From Candidatus Harpocratesius repetitus (GTDB lineage: Archaea; Asgardarchaeota; Lokiarchaeia; Sigyniarchaeales; Promethearchaeaceae), in contig JAIZWK010000001.1 in assembly GCA_021498095.1 (NCBI GenBank), positions 3,750,001 to 3,782,000 of the forward strand: DNA of 32,000 nt. The letters are read 5' to 3'. Positions within the stretch are counted from its first letter, which is position 1. Every line of letters starts with the position of its first letter. The translations under genes and the position numbers were made by a program. Under the pieces are notes generated by a model, which saw only the letters and a list, made by a program, of their open reading frames with translations, was not told where the DNA came from and did no database searches. Positions 16,470 to 24,869 of the stretch are shown here, one piece after another.

Positions 16470-17777
16470 ATGAAAATTTCTTATATCGGTTCTGGTTATG
16501 TCGGCCAAGTGAATGCCGTTGGTGCGGCTTTTTACGGACATGATGTTATTTTGATGGATATTGATGCAGAAAAAGTGGATTCTATTAATCAAGGAATTCC
16601 AACCATTTATGAAGAGCATTTAGATGAACAAATGAAAGATATTGTTCTAAATAAGAAAAAACTTCGTGCAACATTGGATTTGGAAGAAGCAGTAAAATCC
16701 ACAGAGATTTCCTTAATCTCTGTAGGAACACCAGATAAAGGCGGTATGATCGATTTATCCTATATTCAAGAGGTCGCGATTGGTATAGGAAAAGCACTAA
16801 AAAACAAAAATGAATATCATACTGTAGTTGTAAAATCTACTGTAGTTCCTGGAACAACTCTAAAATTAGTAAAACCTTTAGTTGAAGAGTATTCTGGGAA
16901 AAAAGCGGGCGTAGATTTTGGAATCGGTATGAATCCAGAATTTTTGCGCGAGGGTGTCGCATGGAATGATAGTATTAAACCAGATAGTATTGTCATCGGC
17001 AGTCAAGATGAAAAAACCAAGCAGACACTTAGAGCAATGTATTCATGGGCACCTGAAGAAAAAATTACATATGTTGGAATAAATGCAGCAGAAGCAATTA
17101 AGTATGCAAAAAATTCATTTTTAGCGATGAAAATTACATTTGCAAATGAATGGGCAAATTTCTGTGAAGCAGTTGGAATTGATGCAAAAGAAGTATTAGA
17201 AGCAATCGGTGCAGATAAAAGAATCAGCCCTATGTTTCTTCGTAATGGACCTGGTTATGGAGGCAGTTGTTTTCCCAAAGATGTAAATGCAATTGTTCAT
17301 GCAGGTCAGGTAAACCATTCTCCTTTTAGAATTTTAGAACAAGTTGTCCAAACGAATCATAATCAATATTTGAAATTGATCGATTTAGCAGAGAAGGTTG
17401 TAGGGCCTATTCGTAGAAAGAAGGTAGGAATATTAGGATTATCTTTTAAACCTTCGACTGATGATACTCGGGAATCTCCTGCATTACGAATTATTGCCTT
17501 TTTAGTATCTCGTGGTTGTGAAATTAAGGCATATTGCCCTCAAGGAATACCTATGGCAAAGAAATGGTTGGAATCCAACCGTATTACTGAAATTCAATAT
17601 CAATCGGATGGAAAAAGTTGTGTTGAAGATGTAGATTTAGTAATTGTTCCAACAGATTGGCCTGAATTTAAGGAAATAATTGCTCAAACAACAGTACCCA
17701 CCTTCATCGGTCATCGATCCTTAATGGACCCAGCAAAATATGCGCATGTTTATGCTTTGGGTTATCCAAAACCTTAA
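16470..17777 (+). CDS. ugd: UDP-glucose/GDP-mannose 6-dehydrogenase family
   Basis: Start reset to ATG 16470 (MKISYIGSGYVG). VKSTVVPGT, NPEFLREG, KYAKNSFLAMKI, catalytic GYGGSCFPKD, GLSFKPSTDDTRES. Confidence 0.96.
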   Translation: MKISYIGSGYVGQVNAVGAAFYGHDVILMDIDAEKVDSINQGIPTIYEEHLDEQMKDIVLNKKKLRATLDLEEAVKSTEISLISVGTPDKGGMIDLSYIQEVAIGIGKALKNKNEYHTVVVKSTVVPGTTLKLVKPLVEEYSGKKAGVDFGIGMNPEFLREGVAWNDSIKPDSIVIGSQDEKTKQTLRAMYSWAPEEKITYVGINAAEAIKYAKNSFLAMKITFANEWANFCEAVGIDAKEVLEAIGADKRISPMFLRNGPGYGGSCFPKDVNAIVHAGQVNHSPFRILEQVVQTNHNQYLKLIDLAEKVVGPIRRKKVGILGLSFKPSTDDTRESPALRIIAFLVSRGCEIKAYCPQGIPMAKKWLESNRITEIQYQSDGKSCVEDVDLVIVPTDWPEFKEIIAQTTVPTFIGHRSLMDPAKYAHVYALGYPKP

Positions 17778-17838
17778 AATACCTGAGCAATCAATTTTCT
17801 TAAAAGTTTATAATGAGATTAAGAATGGAGAATAAAAA

Positions 17839-18363
17839 ATGGTTCAACCACTGAAAATCCATCAGCGACATTTGTTAAAATCAAAAGATATTAAAAAATT
17901 AATTCAAACGCTGCAAACCCAATTAGGATTAAATCCAGAGATCCTTCATACAATATTAAATCCAAAAGATAGGGTAGAATGGATAAAATTAGATGATAAT
18001 CAGGAATTATATGTAATAAATGGGATACTAACCTTTTGGCATCGAGAAGGGAAATTCATTCCATTACTAAGTTTTTTAACCAAACATGATCTTCCCTATC
18101 CACGAGTCAAAGTTGATCAAGGAGCAGTGAAATTTATGTCAAAGGGAGCTGATGTAATGCGACCTGGAATCATAGAGATAGATGCAGGAATTAGACCAGG
18201 TGATATAGTTTTAATAGAAGATCCTCAACATGGTCGTATTTTATCTGTGGGAGAAGCATTATATTCAAGTGAATCTATGGAGACAATGGATTCTGGTAAG
18301 GTTATAAAATGTATCCATTCTTTATCGGATCCAATATGGAATTTTTCGAAATCCTATAAATAA
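17839..18363 (+). CDS. PUA-domain RNA-binding protein (archaeal Tma20/MCTS1-like, DUF1947+PUA)
   Basis: RHLLKSKDIKKL at the N-terminus, then VKVDQGAVKFMSKGADVMRPGI and GKVIKCIHSLSDPIW. SD GGAG lies 8 nt upstream. Confidence 0.92.
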   Translation: MVQPLKIHQRHLLKSKDIKKLIQTLQTQLGLNPEILHTILNPKDRVEWIKLDDNQELYVINGILTFWHREGKFIPLLSFLTKHDLPYPRVKVDQGAVKFMSKGADVMRPGIIEIDAGIRPGDIVLIEDPQHGRILSVGEALYSSESMETMDSGKVIKCIHSLSDPIWNFSKSYK

Positions 18364-18387
18364 ATTACAGAATTTCTTAAAATAATC

Positions 18388-18406
18388 TTTTTTTTTATAG
18401 TTTTTT
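18388..18406 (+). terminator. Putative oligo-T terminator after the PUA gene
   Basis: T9 (18388-18396) then T6 (18401-18406), 24 nt after the stop codon. Confidence 0.5.
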
Positions 18407-18576
18407 GAACAAAATCTGGTTTATTTTTTGTTCTTTATTTTACATTTCGCCCGAATTTTTAATTCAACTAGTATCTTGCCAAAACATTATTAAATACAAA
18501 AGATGATATTTGTGTTACATATTTGGAAACCCTAACTTAATGATTAGTGCTTCCTTTGCATAAAAATGATTTAAGG

Positions 18577-21500
18577 ATGAATTTTCAGAGTTATGGTTTA
18601 AAGGGGGAATTTAAAATTAAAAACCTTAAATATAGAAAGCAAATTTTGAGTATTATTATAATTGCGTCAATGATCTGCAACATTGTTCCTCAAGTTGAAG
18701 CTGTTGGAAATCAACTTTCAAATGTGGAGCAATCAGACCCAGTTCAGTTCAAGAAAGAATTAAAATTTGATTGGATTTATGTTTTTTACGATCCTTCTGA
18801 TGAAGATATGAAATATCTTGGAAAATCCGTTTATCAAATCTTGAATTATCGAATCTACAATATAAAGCTGATTCCAATTAAATCATTAGGAGAACTACAA
18901 TCAAAATTAAATGAAAAACCATGGATTGGTATTTATGCATTTAATTCAAATCTTACAGGAATATTTATCAATCAGAAATTCTATCAATGGGAAGATTATT
19001 ACGGTGTTTTAGCTTTACATCAAGATACAAAACATATCGTAGGAATGGGAAACACTATTTCTTTAAAAAGTATCTATCCAGATGGGAATAAAGCAGAGTT
19101 TATCTATGATAGTGATGCCGATCAAATTGATCTATTGCTACTGGTCTTATATGATATTTGGACAGTTTCAGAAATTGCGAATCAACGCGCATTAATTGAA
19201 CCAGAATATAATGCAACTGCTGTAGATTTGACTTTAATGGCAACAAAATTATATGCTGATAACTTTAATACTTTTATAAATGTAAATTTCCAACCAATAA
19301 AGCCAATCGGACAAATTGATGAAGTAGATCGTGAAATTCGGACTCAAAAAATGTATGAAAAGCATGCACCTCAAATAGAACCAACATATTATCATAAAGA
19401 AGAAAATGGTTCTTTAACAGAAATTCCAGCTAATGAAATCGATCAAACATTTCAACCTACAGTCAAACTTTCTAAAGTTTCTGAATTAGATGAAGGAGAT
19501 TTTATTTTAGGAGAAGTCCCATTTTTATCAGGATTAAGAGGTCCAATTGGAGAAATAGTTGATATATTACTCCCATTGTTAGGTGGTGGAGATGGAAGTA
19601 GCGTACTTTCCATACCAAGTTCAATTATGGAATCAATTAAAGATTCTTTTGGACAAATCCAAAGTATAATAGGATTAGTCAGCGATTTTAGTGCAGAAAG
19701 TGCTCTGAAAACCCTTTTAGATATTTTGGCTGAAGAGTTTCCTTTTATTGATGAATTGAAACCCTTTTTAGAAATCTTTACAAAAGCACTTTTCAATATG
19801 AGAGGTGGTATTGATGATATTTCAGAGGTTATTTTTGAGATACTAAATGCAGTTTTGGAGCAAATACTACCTGATTCCATTGGTGATATTGTTGGAACAG
19901 TATTAAACGTTGGACAAGATTTGTGGGACGAAATTGATGCAGTTGTTTCTGAAGGAAAAAGTGTATTTGATGCCATGGTAAGCTTTTTCAGTGGGAATGT
20001 AATGAAGGGAATCTTGAATAAGACATTAGTTTCAAGTTTAGGTATTTCACAGGCACAAGCAACTGAATTAGTAAATAAATTTGTTCCTTTTATAAAATCT
20101 ACAATTTCATTCTTGGTTAGTTTTGATACAGATACATTAATAGAGACTTTAACGGGCCCCCTAATGCAGACAGTTTTAGGTTCTTTAGATACTTTACAGA
20201 TTGATGGTTTAGAGAAAATTGGCAAAGTTATCAAATTAGGATTTAAAGTGGTAGATTTAGCTGATGAATTTAATATTGAATCAGTTGTTGACGTTTTAAA
20301 AGAAGCAATTTTAATTTTTATAGATAATGAAGACATCCAAGGGGATGTGGAAAAACTTGCTCAGAAAATTATGAAAATCGTTCAAAATTTTAAAGAGGGA
20401 GCGTTTAGTAGTATTTCAAATTTTAAAGATCATGTTATTAACACTTTATCTGAATCTTTAGCAAGCAAAGTAACCGCAGAAACGAAAGAATTATTTGCTG
20501 ATATCATGACAATGGTTTGTGGTATCTATAATGAAGGTTTTGATCCTACAGAATTACCTAATATTTTTGACTTAGCAGAAGAAATAATCGATTATCTAAA
20601 TATGGATAGCAGCTTAGCAAATACATTAAAAGGTGCAATAAACAATTTAGTTAAGCCTGTTTTAGGAATAATTGGCCATTTAACCGGTTCTGAAGGATTA
20701 AAGCAAATGTTACCTGCAGATCTCTTTTCTACCAGTAATCTTATGGAAGCTATTCCAAATATAATCAAAACAGTTTTAGAATATATAGATACTGATGATT
20801 TATTAGATGGCTTACCTGATGTAGACACAATTATAAATACATTTGGACAAATTGCAAGCGGAATTATGGGTGTTGTTGATGCAGCTAAGGGAAAATCATT
20901 TACCGGTGTCCTAAAATCAATATGGATGTCTGTTGGATCTGTAATTACTTTGATTCCACCATTTGATGGAATACCCTTAGATGCAATATTTAAATTATTT
21001 CAAAGCTTTTTCCCTGAACAATTCGGATTAAGTCTTGAAAATGCACCTAATCCAACTGAAGTTGTTCAAGAAATAATGGAAATTGCATCATCATTCTTAG
21101 ACAGTTCAACTCAAGACATTCTATCCAACTTTTTGAATATGGCTATGAACCTGAAAGGCTTGTTTACCGATGGATTAGATTGGATCGTGGGCAAAATTCT
21201 TGATTGGGTGGGGGGTATGTTAGAACCCATACTCAACGACATTGAATCGTCTCTGATGGATATTCTGGGTGGTACCGGGGATTTGTTGGGTTATCACGGC
21301 ACGCTTCCGATCGGTTTGGGTGATTGGAGTCTCTTTGATTTGAAGATAGACCTGGGCATCCAAGCTAATTTTAATATTGATATCACCCCTCTGCTGGAAT
21401 TAGTAAAGAGCATGATTTTAGATGCTCGTAGTACTTTTTCTTTGGATAATATTGATGATTTCTTTAAAACTATATTTTCGATGTTCGAAATCAGCCCCCA

Positions 21501-24500
21501 ATTTTACGCCGAGCTTGGTGTAAGCGGTTTAGATACCGAATCCAATTCATTCATGAAATTCTTGTTGGAATCATTGGGTCTCGAATTGAGTTTTTCGGGT
21601 TATGCAAAATTCGTGATGAATTTATTCACCTTCAAAGGTGGCATTTTCGAGTGGGAGGATTTCTTCCATGTGGTCGAATGGGCTTTCGGTTTAAAGGTTG
21701 AACTAGGAAAAACATTTACATTACTCGACTTTCTTACAGGAGGAGTGGGAGGCGGGGCGCTAAACGCCATTGCTAAATTTTTAGGTCTTGATAGTATTAA
21801 TGTTCGGGTTTGGATAGGTTTAAGTTTAGATATAGTAAAGAAAGCCGGCTCGGCAACACAACCCGAGGTTTCAACATTAACAGTGGTGATTACACTCGGA
21901 TGTGCGGTTACAATTGGTATTGATTTACTTATTGTAGGAATAAAATTAATCGGATCATTAGAAATAATCCTAACATTCTTCCAAGATTTTGCTGCAGCAG
22001 CTCCGATGAAAATTACACTTCGACTAGTGTTAACTTTCAAAATAGAATTGAAATTCTTGTTTTCAACAACAACTAAGACATGGACGTGGGAACCTGGTGG
22101 TCCATGGGACCTCTCACCAAATAAAGGAGATCCAGAATATGAAAAATCAGGTGTTGGTTTCGATTCAGATGGAGATGGTTTAGGTGATGACTATGAAACT
22201 GATATACCAGGATTAGATCCAAATAATCCTGATACCGATGGAGATGGTGCCAATGACAAATTGGAAGTAAAAACCATGAATACCGACGCTACTAAACCGG
22301 ATACCGATGGTGATGGACTAACTGACTGGGAAGAATGGCAGCTGGGAACTAATCCATTAATCATTGATACTGATTACGACAAACTCACCGATTATGAGGA
22401 AGCTAAAATCTACTTAACCGATCCTTTAGTTCAGGACACAGATGGAGACAGACTATCCGATGCCTATGAAGTTTATACACGCTGGGATATCAGCAATGTC
22501 ACCACTACAGTTGATGAAGTTGTGATTGGAGGAAAAATATACAACGATCATACCGACCCGCTTAACAGGGATACTGATGGAGATGGATTACTAGATGGAG
22601 AAGAAGGGCCGATGGGACCATATTATGGTAATACTGCTCTGTATAATGAATCTGCTTCCGATCCTAATCCGCTTATCTATTTTAATGGATACACTCACCC
22701 GTTGGATGCAGATACTGATGATGACTCCTATTTACAGCTATATAACGGTGCGATTGACACTCAAGCGTTGACATTTCTAAAGGATATGAATGACGGCGCG
22801 GAGGTAAGGGGTTTTGATATTATTGTATTTGATGAAGAGGGAGAACCTGAATGGAAACACGTGATAACCAATCCATGTAACCCTGATACCGATGGAGACA
22901 CAGGAATAACAGACAGAACTCCGCAACCGGGCGCGTGGATTAACAGCGATGGCTATGAGTTGGCACAAACTCCGCCTACCGATCCGACTGATGGTGATAG
23001 CGATGATGACGGTTTGTTGGATGGTTTAGAAGGTGTACTGAGTCAATTCTCGAACCATACAAACCCAAATGATCCTGATACAGATGATGACGATCTTTTA
23101 GATATGCATGAAATTTTACTTGGAACAGATCCACGTTGTGCAGACACTGATTTAGATATGATCCCAGATGGTATTGAATTTTATGTTTTTCATACTAATC
23201 CTCGTTTATCTGATTCTGATTTTGATGGACTAAGTGATGGAGAAGAAGTCTATATTTGGCATTCAAATCCATTAAGTGATGATTCTGATGGAGATAGGCT
23301 TCTAGATGGAGTAGAAGTATTAAGATATGGTTCAGATCCGATGGACGATGATTCTGACAATGATGGTTTAACGGATTTTGAGGAGATTAAGGTATATTAC
23401 ACCAATCCGTTTGAGTACGATAGCGATGGAGATTTGCTTTCTGATGGTGAAGAAATCATCTTATATGATACTGATCCGCTTAATTGGGATACTGATATGG
23501 ATTCCATAACTGAACCAAATGCAATCGGTGAAATGACTTGGCCGATGAGCGATTACGACGAAATAATGTACTATGGAACAGATCCTACAAAACCGGATTC
23601 TGATTTTGATGGGATCAGTGATTCTATTGAATTATATTTAAGTTCAGGTATCATTCCATGGGCGCCAATGAATTTCACCCTCAACCCGTTATCAAAAGAT
23701 ACGGATAATGATGGATTTGCAGATGGATCAGAATTATTAATGAAGAACGTGTCTCAAATTATTTATCCTTTTGTTTCGCTTACCTACACTCTACCGTATA
23801 ATACTTCGCCAAGTTTGGCCGATACTGATTTTGATGGACTGAATGATTATGAGGAAGTAGTTACTTATTCGACTTCCCCTACACTTGTTGATACAGATAA
23901 CGACACACTGAGTGATTATGATGAAATTATGGTCTATAACACAAGTGCTTTGACAAATGATACTGATGGAGATGGATTACTTGATACTGAAGAATTACTT
24001 GTGCCGATGTCTTCGAGCCTACCAAGTGTAGCGACGGGGTATAATGGCGTTCCTATGAGAGCAGCAAAATATAATACAGATCCTCTTGACTGGGATTCTG
24101 ACAATGATTATCTACCTGATGGGGCAGAAGTTTACCTATATGGAAGTGATCCACTAAATCCTGATTCAACTGATTTAATTCCTGATGGTGTTCTCGATGG
24201 AGATGAGTTTGATAGTGATTTGGATGGGCTTTCTGATGGAATGGAGTTTTACATAGGAACTCAAAGAATATATAGTGGCGGTATATTCAATCCTGATTCA
24301 GATTTTGATGGATTGCTAGATGGAGATGAATATTATATCTTTGGAACTGATCCTATGAAAGCAGACACCGATAGTGATGGTTTTAGCGACGGTATCGAAA
24401 TTACTGTAGGAACAGACCCACTTGTATTTACCAATCAGAGCCAATTTAATGATGCTCTAGCCCTACTAAAAGGTAATGTAAATTTAGTCATAATGCAACC

Positions 24501-24867
24501 TCGAAGCGATAAGAAAGTATACCAAAATACACCTGTTGAAGTTGCAAATCTTACATCTATGCAGGAAGTTTGGTATCGTTATAAAGGATCAAACGATACA
24601 GAATGGTCTAATAATATATCTTGCCAATATGATGCAGGAAGTCAATTGTGGCAAGATAAAAATATAACATGGCAACCAGGACCTACTGAAATGGAGGTTT
24701 ACGGTCGTGGAATAAACGGAACCTTGTATAAAGCATATGTTCAATTTACAGTAAATAGCGGAAATGCACCAAATTGGGTTTTAATTGGAGGTCTTGGTGG
24801 AGGAAGCACAATAGCACTGGCCACACTAATATTTATTTTGATTAAGAAAAAGAAGGGAGGGAAATAA
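18577..24867 (+). CDS. Giant (~2100 aa) secreted, C-terminally membrane-anchored multidomain surface protein with Ca-binding TSP3-like repeats
   Basis: Signal-peptide-like KNLKYRKQILSIIIIASMICNIVPQVEA, amphipathic helical region, beta-rich region, 25 D[ST]DxD repeats, Ig-like segment, and TM helix followed by KKKKGGK. The start is uncertain: GTG 18547, ATG 18577 or ATT 18616. Confidence 0.92.
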   Translation: MNFQSYGLKGEFKIKNLKYRKQILSIIIIASMICNIVPQVEAVGNQLSNVEQSDPVQFKKELKFDWIYVFYDPSDEDMKYLGKSVYQILNYRIYNIKLIPIKSLGELQSKLNEKPWIGIYAFNSNLTGIFINQKFYQWEDYYGVLALHQDTKHIVGMGNTISLKSIYPDGNKAEFIYDSDADQIDLLLLVLYDIWTVSEIANQRALIEPEYNATAVDLTLMATKLYADNFNTFINVNFQPIKPIGQIDEVDREIRTQKMYEKHAPQIEPTYYHKEENGSLTEIPANEIDQTFQPTVKLSKVSELDEGDFILGEVPFLSGLRGPIGEIVDILLPLLGGGDGSSVLSIPSSIMESIKDSFGQIQSIIGLVSDFSAESALKTLLDILAEEFPFIDELKPFLEIFTKALFNMRGGIDDISEVIFEILNAVLEQILPDSIGDIVGTVLNVGQDLWDEIDAVVSEGKSVFDAMVSFFSGNVMKGILNKTLVSSLGISQAQATELVNKFVPFIKSTISFLVSFDTDTLIETLTGPLMQTVLGSLDTLQIDGLEKIGKVIKLGFKVVDLADEFNIESVVDVLKEAILIFIDNEDIQGDVEKLAQKIMKIVQNFKEGAFSSISNFKDHVINTLSESLASKVTAETKELFADIMTMVCGIYNEGFDPTELPNIFDLAEEIIDYLNMDSSLANTLKGAINNLVKPVLGIIGHLTGSEGLKQMLPADLFSTSNLMEAIPNIIKTVLEYIDTDDLLDGLPDVDTIINTFGQIASGIMGVVDAAKGKSFTGVLKSIWMSVGSVITLIPPFDGIPLDAIFKLFQSFFPEQFGLSLENAPNPTEVVQEIMEIASSFLDSSTQDILSNFLNMAMNLKGLFTDGLDWIVGKILDWVGGMLEPILNDIESSLMDILGGTGDLLGYHGTLPIGLGDWSLFDLKIDLGIQANFNIDITPLLELVKSMILDARSTFSLDNIDDFFKTIFSMFEISPQFYAELGVSGLDTESNSFMKFLLESLGLELSFSGYAKFVMNLFTFKGGIFEWEDFFHVVEWAFGLKVELGKTFTLLDFLTGGVGGGALNAIAKFLGLDSINVRVWIGLSLDIVKKAGSATQPEVSTLTVVITLGCAVTIGIDLLIVGIKLIGSLEIILTFFQDFAAAAPMKITLRLVLTFKIELKFLFSTTTKTWTWEPGGPWDLSPNKGDPEYEKSGVGFDSDGDGLGDDYETDIPGLDPNNPDTDGDGANDKLEVKTMNTDATKPDTDGDGLTDWEEWQLGTNPLIIDTDYDKLTDYEEAKIYLTDPLVQDTDGDRLSDAYEVYTRWDISNVTTTVDEVVIGGKIYNDHTDPLNRDTDGDGLLDGEEGPMGPYYGNTALYNESASDPNPLIYFNGYTHPLDADTDDDSYLQLYNGAIDTQALTFLKDMNDGAEVRGFDIIVFDEEGEPEWKHVITNPCNPDTDGDTGITDRTPQPGAWINSDGYELAQTPPTDPTDGDSDDDGLLDGLEGVLSQFSNHTNPNDPDTDDDDLLDMHEILLGTDPRCADTDLDMIPDGIEFYVFHTNPRLSDSDFDGLSDGEEVYIWHSNPLSDDSDGDRLLDGVEVLRYGSDPMDDDSDNDGLTDFEEIKVYYTNPFEYDSDGDLLSDGEEIILYDTDPLNWDTDMDSITEPNAIGEMTWPMSDYDEIMYYGTDPTKPDSDFDGISDSIELYLSSGIIPWAPMNFTLNPLSKDTDNDGFADGSELLMKNVSQIIYPFVSLTYTLPYNTSPSLADTDFDGLNDYEEVVTYSTSPTLVDTDNDTLSDYDEIMVYNTSALTNDTDGDGLLDTEELLVPMSSSLPSVATGYNGVPMRAAKYNTDPLDWDSDNDYLPDGAEVYLYGSDPLNPDSTDLIPDGVLDGDEFDSDLDGLSDGMEFYIGTQRIYSGGIFNPDSDFDGLLDGDEYYIFGTDPMKADTDSDGFSDGIEITVGTDPLVFTNQSQFNDALALLKGNVNLVIMQPRSDKKVYQNTPVEVANLTSMQEVWYRYKGSNDTEWSNNISCQYDAGSQLWQDKNITWQPGPTEMEVYGRGINGTLYKAYVQFTVNSGNAPNWVLIGGLGGGSTIALATLIFILIKKKKGGK
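22162..24423 (+). repeat. Protein-level tandem repeat, consensus D[ST]DxDGLxDxxE...G[TS][DN]P (bacterial TSP3-like Ca-binding)
   Basis: 25 D[ST]DxD motifs counted by hand (aa ~1206-1959 of the track ORF) plus one degenerate copy. Basic period ~23 aa, with several long insertions. Confidence 0.92.
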
Positions 24868-24869
24868 TA

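Noticed and set aside
15075-16797. Short overlapping ORFs at 15075 (+) and 16585 (-)
   Set aside because: Antisense to the VIT1-like gene and ugd.
17839-18363. Idea that the MCTS1-like PUA protein enables the proposed non-AUG starts
   Set aside because: The family is widespread in archaea, and proximity in the window is not evidence.
19522-21270. Tape-measure-like helical region suggesting a prophage or contractile injection system
   Set aside because: No capsid, tail, baseplate, sheath or integrase genes in the window, and the protein has a signal peptide and TM anchor.
19452-22968. Antisense ORFs within giant gene 1 (294, 78, 146 and 63 aa)
   Set aside because: Ser/Ile/Thr/Lys-rich mirror of the sense codon bias, with no motifs. 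The 294-aa one is long but reads as a shadow ORF.
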